A stretch of 64,000 nt of DNA from assembly GCA_964106645.2 (NCBI GenBank), contig OZ067038.1; one strand, written 5' to 3'. Below, piece by piece: positions 1-11,187 of this stretch. The DNA is from Podarcis pityusensis (lineage: Eukaryota). Positions within the stretch are counted from its first letter, which is position 1. The number at the start of each line of letters is the position of its first letter. Position numbers and translations under genes: made by a program. The notes beneath the pieces are model-generated. The model saw only the letters and a program-made list of their open reading frames with translations, had not been told where the DNA came from and did not search any database.

Positions 1-170
1 TTGCTTTTAATTTGTTTTGAAGTATAAAGGTGTTTTGCATGTTCCGGGGGCAGGGGGAGCTTCTGAGTATCTCCAGTTTTTCCGCTGTGAAATGGGCATT
101 TTGCGGTATCCACAACAGTTTCTTAGATTTCTAAAAGTGCCCTCATGCCCAAGAAATCTGGAGACCTCTG
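1..170. mobile_element. Right end of a hAT-type non-autonomous DNA transposon (truncated by window start)
   Basis: Ends in ...AAGAAATCTGGAGACCTCTG; the reverse complement CAGAGGTCTCCAGA matches the CAGGGGTCTCCAAAC-type hAT terminal repeat. The other end is not in the window. Confidence 0.4.
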
Positions 171-791
171 TCATTTCATCTTCACACCTGCTGTAACCCC
201 ACTCTCTCTCCTATTTGTTATTCCTGACAATGTGCACCCTATTTTTTTGCAATATGGCAACGATACATTATGACTGACAATGTGAGTGAAAGCAGAGAAG
301 TGTGCTTGACAGAAGTATGCTGCCATTTAGGTACTGGGAGGGAATTCACTGTGGATCACCGGATTTTTTTCAGGAGCAAATATCAGTAAGGAGATGAAGT
401 AAGGTTTGGTTCAGGCATTATGAATTTCTGCTGAAGAGGGAGATTGGCATCCCAAAGCTAAACCACTTGATAAGCACTAACCTTGGCCAGTGATTGACAC
501 TTCCAGGTTCCCAACATGGGAAACTCCTCTGAAGCTTTGAGTTTAGCCCACTACTGCTAGGTTTTGTGCTTCACACCATGAAGTTGATAGGAGGATTGTT
601 CTCTGAGCTCAACAGGATCAAAATATACAGAGCTGAGATCAACTCTATTGATCAGCCCCTTAGTATCTTTCTTATAGTATTTCATGTCTCAGTATTTCTT
701 GGAAAGATTTTGTGCCAGTTGAATAGAGCAGAGGCACAAGGCTCTTTACTTTTTGTTTTAGCGTGGTGTCACTCAACTGATCTCTCTCTCA

Positions 792-1132
792 TAGGGCTGC
801 CATACATCCGGGTTTCCCCAGACACATCCGACAATCACTTAGAAAAATGTTGTCTGGGCAGATTTTTACTGAATCAGCAAAATGTCTGGGGAAACCCGGG
901 TGTATGTCAAGAAAAGCCGAAATCAAAGAAAAGCCCCCAAAGCACCAAAATGTCCCCCCCCAAAAAAGCTCAACAATTTTGACCCCAAAAGGGGGGAAAG
1001 CAACACTTCTTCCCCCGCCCCCCTCTCTCTCACCCCCTCCCCCAAGAACTTCCTTATAAAATCGGAATTTAATAGAATTTTACTTTCAGGTAGAAAACAG
1101 AAAAACATCTGTTGGGATTTGAGAAATAGCCT
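792..1132. mobile_element. hAT (Blackjack-type) non-autonomous DNA transposon with internal inverted repeat
   Basis: Starts TAGGGCTGCCATACATCCGGG (Blackjack-like TAGGG(T/C)TGCCA terminus). Arms 798-824 and 883-909 are reverse complements at 25/27. Right boundary approximate. Confidence 0.6.
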
Positions 1133-2265
1133 GAAACTTCCAGCCAGTTGGGCTTTGATTCATTTTTAGGCAGGTTTCCCTTTCCATCCCTGTGCAAAAG
1201 ACATGGGAAACTACCAAAATGGAAGTAGTTGGCGCAGCAGCTTTGAAACATCTGTGGAAAAGGGCAGTAAAAACAGGCTGCAGTTTCAGTCTTTGATCAA
1301 ACAAAATGACTAAACATTACAGATTAAACTTTGTGGCTGCCACGGTAGAAACTGACTTTTTCACAGATCTAGAGGAGTCTAGGGGAAATGCAACTGTTAA
1401 TTCAGATTGAGCCAGCTGTAGCATCTGTGAAAGCAAGAAATAAGCTGCACATCCTATCCTAGACACAGAAGCAAGCTCTGTGACCAACTTCTGTCCTCCT
1501 ACCCCCAATCACTAAAAAAATGGGAGAATCAAAGTCCATCTGTAGGGGAGTTTTTCAGGCCTCATTAATCCATCTTCTCAGGTACCAGAGAGGTGATAGG
1601 AGACACAGCAGAGCCTTCACTGTCTATCCTTAGTAAGGTATCTTTCAGAAACATGCAAGTGTAATTAGGTAGCATCTGGGTAACGAGCCATGCTGGCCTG
1701 CCTTGGTCCAGTGATCTACTGAGGAGCATTGATTCAGTGCAAGGAAGAAACATCATGGGAGGGAGAGACAGCAGGGAGGAGATTGCGCCTCATACTTTAT
1801 TTTAATTGATGTTTCAATCCTGTTTACTTCACTTGCAACTTACTAACTTACTCCCTGCCTCCACTTTCAACTTCCATCTTTGTTGCTTCTTCAATCCCTA
1901 TTTTCTCCTCCATTTTAGGAATTTGGTCATATCACATTTCTATTTTGTGCCATACCTTTCACCTACCAATGCTGATGCAATCAATGGCACCAAAATTAAC
2001 ATTTGTTTCTGTTTGATAAGGATGACCACAGTCCATACTTGTATATGGAAATGGAAATGCCACCATAGCCACAAGCCCAGACCATTTATTAGAGATTTTT
2101 GCAATGGATTGGGGGGGGGGGGGGTTACAGAAGACAAGGCAAAAATGATTAGCAAGATGAGAAGTAAGGCTGATCATAGATGTAGCAACTACAACTACAG
2201 TTGGGCTTTAAGAAGCCTTGGACAAGGCCTCACCTGACAGCACAGAAGGGATCAGCAATTTAAGA

Positions 2266-2709
2266 CAGGGGTTGCCAAACATTTCAGGCCAGTGGGCACA
2301 TTAGGAATTTTGATACAGTGCTCTGCATGCTATGACATAACACAAAATGGCTGCCATGAGAGCATGGTATATAAGACATTAGCTGCCACATCAAAATGAA
2401 CAGAAAAAGAGACAGGGCCACAAAATTATGTGGGCATGATTCCCCCCTATCACCTATATCAGGTGCTGCTACTCACAGAGACAAGTTCTTTGTACCTTTC
2501 CTCTGTTCAGAATAGGTGGGAGGTAGGTACCCAATGTTAGCATTCAGCGAAATGTAGGCATGTTCAAGGGGGCATATTCATTAACGAGAGGTTGAGCAAG
2601 TGCAAGCAGGAACTTAACAAGAAGAGCACATAGCCCCTCATGCGTTGTAGTATATATATAAAGACTTTTCATGGGCATTGGTGCTCATGGGCCAGCACTG
2701 CCAGATCCT
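2266..2709. mobile_element. hAT MITE with 8-bp TSD
   Basis: Starts CAGGGGTTGCCAAAC. ATTTAAGA at 2258-2265 is repeated at 2710-2717; an 8-bp TSD is characteristic of hAT. Confidence 0.65.
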
Positions 2710-3169
2710 ATTTAAGATATACCTCACACCAGTTTACATCAGCAAACAGGTCCACTGTCATTCCCTGTAAAGCGGAGCCTGTGGATAGGTTGGGAGGGTG
2801 AAAATCCAGTGAGCAGCCACAGGTGAAAGGTAGCAAACACACAAGTTTAGGGTACTCGAAAGCAAGGGAGATCTTACAGCACCATGAACAGAGTTCTGAC
2901 ATTATTCCCATTGCATAGTCTCTTCAGACAGATCTGTTTATACTTCAGGCCAGGTTACTCTCTAGCTTGTGTACAAGAATTTCTGAGAACAATAAATTAT
3001 ACAATATATATGTACATAATGAACTAAAAATAAATAAAGAATGACAGCAACTGGATTGTATAATGACTTAGAAGCACCATATATTAAATTGGGTTCCAAA
3101 AAGCATACCACTAGCTAGTGTCAGATATTCTTGATAGGCAGCTAATATTTGGATTACTTTTAAACTGTT

Positions 3170-3375
3170 GTCCAGCCTGGTTTTGGCACCAGAATAGTTT
3201 TGGTTGACCTGATTGATGACCTCACCCAATTGAAAGGCAAGGGAAATTCAATGCTGCCAATTCTCCCGGACTTCTCGGTAGTTTTTGCTACCACGGAACA
3301 CAGTATTATTCTAGCTCAGTTTCCTGAGTTATGGACTGGGTTAGTTTTTAAGTGGGTCTGTTGTTACTTGGATGT
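3170..3375 (+). mobile_element. Decayed L2 LINE ORF2 reverse transcriptase fragment
   Basis: Translates PGFGTRIVLVDLIDDL...LPILPDFSVVFATTEHSIIL...VFKWVCCYL, matching the L2/CR1 RT pattern PGFGTETALVALVDDL...LLDLSAAFDTIDHGILL...LQWFRSYL. Confidence 0.75.
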
Positions 3376-4562
3376 TTATTTCTAAAACATTAAAGCAAGG
3401 TTTTAATCAAGTTTTCAAAAACAATTTTGTTTTTTAATTTGTATTCAAGGTCAGGCTTTGGGTGGGACCAAGTCTCTAAAAAAAACAACCTACCACTTTA
3501 AAATACTCCACTGACGAAAACGAAAACTGAGATTTCATGAGCAATCTATTGAATCTGAATACTGGTACATTAATCATTGCCTAATCCTCATTAATTTTAA
3601 TCATGATATAATTTTTTTTAAGTGGTTTTGAAAACAAGCTAAATAAACAAAAATGAATGTACACGAACTCTGTGGAGATGACCTATAATTTGAGGCGTAA
3701 CGTAAAGAATATATTTCAGAACTTTGCAATATAATGTGTATATATATTTATGAACTTGGCCTTTGCTCAACAAAATTGTGAATATTATAAGCAGAGTTAG
3801 TTTAATTTTGTGTATTATTGTCATTCTGTGCTGAATGTGAAAAGCACCGCAGAAGCTTTGTCTTGTTTGTTCTAGTGTGAGGCTAATAAATGGTGAACTG
3901 CTGAGTCTTAATTCTCACTTATGTCCGGATGTGATTTCAGGGTGCAGTTCAACACATAGCCCAGTGACTCCCAATCACAACAATGTTAATTTTCGAACTT
4001 ACAAAAACAAGTTAGGATGTCTGTGCACTTTGACACTGCATTTGGCAGCTCCTAAACTAGACACTTACTGGAAACAAGCATGGTGGCTACATGTGAGAGA
4101 TGGGAAGTCCTAAAGTCCACTCTCACCCAGCTATGAATGCACTAGGCGACTATTGCCTCAGAATCAGTCCCCAGCCTATATTGTTTGGAATGACGAAATA
4201 ACAAGAAGTAGCCATGCGCCGGGTGAATGCAATGTTTGAGGCAATAACCAACTTACTTTGGTGGGGTGGTGGCTATATATTTATGTAGTTTATATACTTT
4301 GTGGAACCTGGGAACAGGTGGACTCACTACTATGCTAAAAACAAAAAAAAAAACCCACCTCATTGTTAAGTAAACTAGATTTTGAAAATGAGAATTAGTC
4401 TCTAGTGAAAGATCTTCTATCTCTTGTGGTGGATTACTAAGTTTCTTATCAGCTTCAACTGCATTATATTTTTATGTATACAATTATTTAAATTTTAGAC
4501 TTCCCAAACCTGAGAACAGAGCTGATTACAGCATATCATTATTATGGAAATGGGAGGGAAGG

Positions 4563-4616
4563 GCTGTGCGTGCTGCCTTGAGCTCCTTAGAGGAAAGGCA
4601 GGATATGAATGTAATA

Positions 4617-4658
<42 letters not shown>
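4563..4658 (+). repeat. 3' end of a CORE-type SINE expanded into a (TAAG)n microsatellite
   Basis: GCCTTGAGCTCCTTAGAGGAAAGGCAGGATATGAATGTAATAAA resembles the SINE tail at about 51350-51400, followed by about 10 TAAG units (4617-4658). Confidence 0.65.
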
Positions 4659-4659
<1 letters not shown>

Positions 4660-5009
4660 TATTATTAAATATTCATTTTAAAGTGATATGTCTAGCAAAT
4701 AGATAGCGAGGAAACTGGTACAAGACTCTCACACCAATCTTTTAACTTTCCCATGCCTTCAAAAAAGCACTTTAACAAATATATATTGTTGTCAAGTAGA
4801 CCTCAATTTAGTCATGATGATCCCCTCAAATAAAGGAACGTATCTGAGAATAGCACCAATTATGCTGTTCTAAAGATTATTGTTCATCATGCAGGAGTAG
4901 AAATGAACAGGGACATTGTCTGGGGCTCATAATGACTCCCAATTTTTAAATGTCCATGACATGTAACTTTGTACACTTTTTGCTCAAAATCTCATGAACG
5001 TGGCGGTGG

Positions 5010-5125
5010 GAATCATAGAAGCGTTATTGTACTGAGCCAGACCACTGGTTCATCGCACTCCATACTGCCTACACTGACTGGCAGGAGGGGATTGAACCTG
5101 GGACGTTCTGCGTGCAAACCCCCCT
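5010..5125 (-). mobile_element. tRNA-derived SINE remnant
   Basis: GGGGATTGAACCTGGGAC is a reverse B-box (GGTTCAATCCCC) within a decayed SINE body. Confidence 0.45.
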
Positions 5126-5644
5126 GAGCCTCTAGTCTTCCTCTTGAATGGTTAGAACTCTTTAACCATTTCACATGGAACAGTTAGATGAGAGCTTTTG
5201 TTGTTATCATTTAACCCCTGTCCAGGCATTATGTCTTCACTGTATGAGGTGAAGTGTGGCCCCAGTTTCACATCCCCATTGCCCAGCTCTGTTGCTCTCC
5301 ACACACTGGAAAGGGCAAGCTCTGAAGCAGGCTGCCTGCTCTATTCATGTCGGAACCTGAGTGATCATAATCCAAATTGTGTGGGGATGCTACCTACATA
5401 TGTGAAGCAGGCCTCCCACATGGGAACACCCAACACCAATGCATGGAAAGTAGTGGGCCAGGCAATGGTGATGCAACGGAAGGGGGAAGGGGGAGGGGAT
5501 CTGCAGTTCCCCTCACCATGATTACCATTACATGCACAGTTTCATTTTCCACATTTCACTTTAAATGACCCCAGTGTTGCTTTACTAAAACCATCTTTAA
5601 AAGAATGGGCAAAGGGGTGTATGTGTGAAGCCCCACACAGAACA

Positions 5645-6129
5645 CAGTGTTGAAGCAATGATTCCTCAACATCAACTTCGTCGGACTGGTCATGTTGTAC
5701 AGATGCCTGATTATCATCTTCCAAAGCAACTACTCTATTCAGAACTTTAAAATGGAAAGTGTAATGCTGGTGGTCAACAAAAGAGGTTTAAAGACTGTCT
5801 CAAGGCAAATCTAAAAAAAGTAGTATAAACACCAACAACTGGGAAACACTGGCATGCGAGCGCTCCAATTGGAGAACAGCCTTTACCAAAGGTGTCATGG
5901 GCTTTGAAGACACTCAAACTCAGGACACAAGGGAGAAACATGCTACGAGGAAGGCACACTTGGCAAATCCACACCGTGATCAACTCCTGCCCGGGAACCA
6001 ATGTCCCCACTGTGGAAGGACGTGTGGATCCAGAATTGGCCTCCACAGTCACTTACGGACTCATTGTTAAAACCATGTTTATGGAAGACCATCTTACTTG
6101 GCTACGGGTGATCGCCAAAGAAGAAGAAG
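5645..6129 (+). mobile_element. 5'-truncated RTE-clade LINE (ORF C-terminus, 3'UTR, (GAA)n tail) with 10-bp TSD
   Basis: Reads SVEAMIPQHQLRRTGHVVQMPDYHLPKQLLYSEL*NGKCNAGGQQKRFKDCLKANLKK...WETLACERSNWRTAFTKG...CPHCGRTCGSRIGLHSHLRTHC*, an RTE C-terminus with a C2H2 finger. Ends in a GAAGAAGAAG tail. ACACAGAACA occurs at 5635-5644 and 6130-6139. Confidence 0.92.
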
Positions 6130-7578
6130 ACACAGAACAATTATTCCCATATTTGTAGGCAAATCTGTGAAAAATGAAATGGACCAGTATAAGCAGGGAG
6201 GGTTGCTAAAGTTTGTACCCCTTAGGAATCAGCCGTGACCTCTAAAGCACAGAAATGTCACAAATTCCTTCCTAATAATCAGAGTGCAGCTAACCTCTCT
6301 CAGATCTATCTCCATTACTTCATGGTTTTGGATGCAACACACTGAAATGCAGAAACCAGTGGCTGAATCCTTTCGGAGAACAGGCCTTCCACTTAATACT
6401 TAGCACCAGTTCACTCAGTGCTGATACAGCCTGCTGTGCCCTCCTGACCCCTCTTAATCTTCACTGTTAGTGCTCTAACAGGATTTTCACCAGCTGCAGA
6501 GATGCTGGATGTCAGTAATCACCCAGGGGGGACATCTGGGCTCGCTACACCTTCATCTGTACTAAATACAAAAATGTCCAGAAAAGAATCTTGGGTTAAC
6601 TCAGCATTACCAGTTTCTGAGTAGGCTCCTGGGTGTTAAAGATGCAACACTTGACTGGTGTCTCTCCAAATCCAACTCACAGAATTTAGCACAGTGACGG
6701 TCTTTAACTTCAGTGGGGTGATGGATTAACACTGAACAGAGCCCTTAAGCAGAGAGGAGGAGGATTAAATTGGGTTCCGAAGGTTTGCTGAAATTTTGTG
6801 GACATTTAGAACAACCTCTGAAGTTCAGACCTCAGGCTAATGCAAACTGAGTTACATTAAGAAAAGATCAGGTGCTTTAAAGACAACACCAGCACCTTCA
6901 TTTTAGGCACTTGGGCTGGTGTTATCTGCTTATGTTACTGTCATTACTTCTATGTGAGGCCAATAGAGTTTTGTGCTTTTTTCTGTTTCCTTTGCCTATC
7001 TAACGGTGCACCTCAGAGTTTTCAGTGTGCAAGAATTCTCAGATATATAGACATGTATACAAAGGCTTTGTTTACATTGCTCTTTCATGCACATCTATGA
7101 AAACTCAAAATTAGTGGGATTATTGTGAGATGGGTAGAGTGTGAGTGACTGTCACAGCTGTCATGGTGCTACTATTAACCTGACCTGGAGTGGTTTGCTG
7201 TGTAAGAGGGTAATTCTGGTCACATTTTGCCTTCCCCAGTATGAACGGCAGGGAGGACTTCTTTCCTTCTCAGTTCATTTAAGTGCATTTTGAGCTACTT
7301 CCCTCTAGCAATGCTATTGCAAAAGTGAAATGGAAAATACTGAGGGATTTTTGCAAGAGAGAGAAATGTGGGATCCTGAACCACTTTAAATTATGACAGG
7401 CGTAAAGGACAGTATGTATGCCTGTTGCTGCTGCTGCTTCCTGAGGAAACAAATAACCATGTGTCTTTCTTTCTTTGTTAAAAGACACATGAAAAACACT
7501 TGTGTGTTTCTTGCATCTTCTAATTTTGCCTTACCACTGTGCAACCGATCTTCTATGGAGTAGTTTTCAACCTCTGGT

Positions 7579-7871
7579 TAGGGTGGCCATTTATGCATCA
7601 CCAAATAAAAGAAAATCCATCAACAAAGAAAGAGGTCAAAAGAAGGGATAGATTTACATAAGCTAGTTAATATATCTAGATGCACATTTCTGAATTACTA
7701 TAATTTAAATAGAACTGTGTGGTTGCTCAGTCAGATGCCTATGTGCTTTTGATGGGTCATATCATGCCCCCTGAGCTTCATCTTTAAAGTGGACTTGGAA
7801 TATGTAACCCTTCAAAGGAGTCATTCAGATAGAGGGCTGTCCTCTGTAAAAGAGAGCATACAGCCACCCTA
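7579..7871. mobile_element. Old hAT (Blackjack-type) MITE
   Basis: Termini TAGGGTGGCCA ... CAGCCACCCTA are inverted. No TSD retained. Confidence 0.55.
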
Positions 7872-7992
7872 GCTTCAATTCAGTTGTCCCATACCTATTT
7901 ATGTTTCTTTCCCTCATTCTTCAGATCTACCAATTGCTTCTCTCCCTCCCTAATCTCTCTGGATTGTCTTTTGGCGCTTACCTCAACTATTG

Positions 7993-8128
7993 CAGGTTTC
8001 CTCAATCTCGGCCCTCCAGATGTTTTGAGACTACAATTCCCATCATCCCTGACCACTGGTCCTGCTAGCTAGGGATCATGGGAGTTGTAGGCCAAAAACA
8101 TCTGGAGGGCTGAGTTTGAGGAAGCCTG
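7993..8128. mobile_element. Palindromic hAT MITE (136 bp)
   Basis: CAGGTTTCCTCAA...CCCTCCAGATGTTTT ... AAAACATCTGGAGGG...TTGAGGAAGCCTG. TSD AACTATTG/AATTATTG (7/8). Highly similar to 62869-63004. Confidence 0.9.
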
Positions 8129-9265
8129 AATTATTGCTTCGTCTTGTCCCTTGGTCATTCGCCTTGGCCTATCTTGCTGGGAGACCCAAGCCTGCAAAGA
8201 CTCAGATTCTCCTCCTCTCAGTAGGAGTGTGTGTGGAGAAACTGCTCCAGAGACATAAGGTACCCTATGCATTGAACACCCAGACACCTGTGAAATTACA
8301 GCCTACACAACCTAACTATGGAAACTGCTTCAACTTCTCACTCCCTTCTGCATCACAGTACCAAAAAAGGAGGGGGGGGAGAAGGGTGTGGAGAGAGATG
8401 CCAAAAGAAATTATATAATTATACTTAAGCTCCAAGCCAATACAGCTTCGTGGTTGAAGGAAACAACTGAAAACCTGAACTCTAGCTTATTAAAAGAAAA
8501 GAGAAGGGGGGGGAGAGAGGGAAGAATAAAGGTCAGAATAATTAGATTATTATCTCTTTAATGAACCAGCAAGAAAAAGGTACATTAGAAATATTTTTTA
8601 AAATGTAAAAAATTTAATGTATACAATGTGGGAGTAATTATTTGGATCACAGCACAGATTAGAGGCATTTATAACTGTCAGCAGTGGGGAGAAAAAGAAC
8701 TACCAGTTCATGTTGTACAAAATGCACTGATTCTGGCTCACCATGTTTCATTTGCAGGAAAGAGAACAAGGGGTCAATTGGGCACAACTTTATGATGAGG
8801 AAAGGCCCTGCTGCTCCCTCATTATTGCATTACAGTACAACATTTACAGAGGAAGCAGTTGGCTACAGAAGTCAGGTAAAAAAAGGAGAATACTAGTCTT
8901 TCCTTTTGAAAAGAGAAAAAATGCTGAGGCCAATGACTGCACAAACATACCCACAAGGCCATGCTTTTGATGTTCAGCTACAGCACCATGCAATCATTAA
9001 GGAATATGGAAAGTCTGTTTATCCATCTAATCAAACTCCTGCATCAGTGAAGTTCCTCCCACTGAGTTCTCAAAAGACAGTAATGTGCTTTGAAAAGTAA
9101 GCAAAATGCACAGCCCAGTTATGTGCACAAAATATGAAATACTAATATTATTAGGCTACCTAGTAAAGGGAGATGGAAACCCATTGAACAAAGCTCCTGT
9201 AGTTTGTACTGAAACTGAAAGCATGTTTAATTATTTTTAAAAGACAGGAAAAGTATATGAAAAGA

Positions 9266-9483
9266 CTAGCAGCCTCATACACAGAATTGGTCAGGAATTC
9301 TAAAAAAATTAAAAAAATTGTGGAGTTTTGAAAAACTCACTCCACCATTTTCATTTTAAAAAAAAGGCATCCTATTGTATCCATACATGTTCTTTGATCC
9401 CAGGAACTATCATGCAAAAGCTGGTATCTTAAGAGGTGTCCAAACACATAGTGAACAAACAACTTTTCAAAATAAAGACTAGA
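9266..9483 (-). mobile_element. Probable non-autonomous Helitron
   Basis: On the minus strand it begins A|TCTA (9484/9483) and ends CTAG|T (9266/9265), the Helitron TC...CTAG termini in an AT target. It has an AAAC-rich subterminal tract. Confidence 0.5.
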
Positions 9484-10563
9484 TCTCAGACCTTCGCCTC
9501 CTAGACTTTATTTCTTAAGAAAAAATAACTGAAGAAAAAGAAGCCAGTACTAAGTCTCACTGAAAGCCCTTTGCTCACTAACCGCTGATATGGTTGGTGA
9601 TTCTGTAGTTATACAGTGGTGATGGAAACTGCACTCTTTTCTCAGGGGCACTTTTATCTACGTACATGGTACATTCTAGCACTTATTCTTGCAATTGAAA
9701 ACAGATTTTGAGGCTCAACTCTGGGTTGCTCTGCACAAATTTTATTGTCCCTCTTGCTAGTTATTGAACTGCAAAAGGTCTATGATTGCTTAATAGTGAA
9801 CATCTCACCATTCAGATTTTGTAGAATGCTCTGAAATAATCACAGCTACAAAAATGTTGCCTATTTGATTCCACTGACCGAGTGCCCTCATGCTGGAAAG
9901 GGATTTCTCTTTCATTTTATATGCTCATCTGCATGCAATAAATAAGAGCTATTTTGGAACTTCAAATCCTATCATTTCATTATGACTTGTCAGGAAATGT
10001 TTTAATGGGGGAGGATGAAAAAATAACCTTGCTTGAGGTAGATATATGGATTGGGCCATATGGTATTCAAAATCCCAGGTGTGCATATGCATGTGAAATT
10101 GAATTTCTGAAAAAATGTAGTGGGTTGTTGTTGTTGTTATGGGGAGAGAAGTCACACCATGAATCAAAAAATAAAATAAAATAAATGAAGAAACAGAGTA
10201 AGGCCTGCCCAGGGCCACCCACTGAGTTCATGGCTGCACTGACCTGGGGAAGTTCCAGCCTATAGCTTACAACTGCTATGCTATACAAGCTCTGCATGAT
10301 GTCCATTAGAGGAGTGGACAAAACATTTACTAAACAAGCTGCAACAGGACCCCAGGGTCTGCTTTAAAACCTTTGCAAGTCTTCCCACATTCCTCTTTTA
10401 AACTTCTGAAAACGTGAGTTTAAAAGGGTAGAGGATGAGGAATCTGGGTCTGATAGGGATCTGGGACATGGAGCCAAAAAAGTTCCCCACTCCTGTGCTA
10501 GGTTGATAGCAATCTAATCCATTTTAATTGTGCACAAATGTCCAGTATGTGCCTGAACCCTTC

Positions 10564-10656
10564 CTATAGAATAGTGACCACCTGTAGGCACCCCAAGAGC
10601 ATGAGATGGCTATAGAATAGTGACCACTTGTAGGCACCCCAAGAGCATGAGATGGC
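10564..10656. repeat. Tandem duplication, 2 x 46 bp
   Basis: CTATAGAATAGTGACCAC(C/T)TGTAGGCACCCCAAGAGCATGAGATGG twice, with one mismatch. Confidence 0.95.
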
Positions 10657-11187
10657 CAAACTCACCATTGGCAAGCTACCCTCCCAGAGGGCTAACCAAG
10701 GGGAAAATATGCAGCTCTGAGCTCCCCCCCCACCAATAGAAACACCAGCTCTAAATTATAGTCCACTAAACTTCCTTGGCTTCCTGTGAACAATTCTTAC
10801 AGCTAATGCATTCTCCTTAATGTTTAACCTAATGTAAATAGACAGACAAGCCCAAGGCCAAATGCAGCCATCCCATGTATCACAGTATTATAGAATTCTA
10901 TGATATGAATACACTTCTCAGTGACTATGGATTTATCACATAGCACAGAACAAACAACCTTCCCTAGCCTGGTGCCCATAAGATATTTTAGAATTCAACC
11001 CTCTGAAAGCCAGCTTCCTCCCTCATGACACACCTCCACAATCTCTGCTTGCAATGCTGGGAATAAGGATCTGTGCCAGAAGATATGTAACTCCAGCACT
11101 GTGATCAAAGGTGACCACCAAGAACAAAGGTGACCACCATTACTGTAACAACTACCATGGAATCTCCCTGCTGAGTACTGATGAAGA

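Noticed and set aside
566-1169. Overlapping Pro/Lys-rich ORFs
   Set aside because: They arise from A- and C-runs inside a hAT element, not from a gene.
6020-6070. C2H2 zinc finger suggesting a ZNF gene
   Set aside because: It is the terminal finger of the RTE LINE ORF, followed by the LINE tail and TSD.
10564-10656. Repeat pair superficially like a CRISPR repeat
   Set aside because: Head-to-tail duplication with no spacer, only two units, in a vertebrate context.
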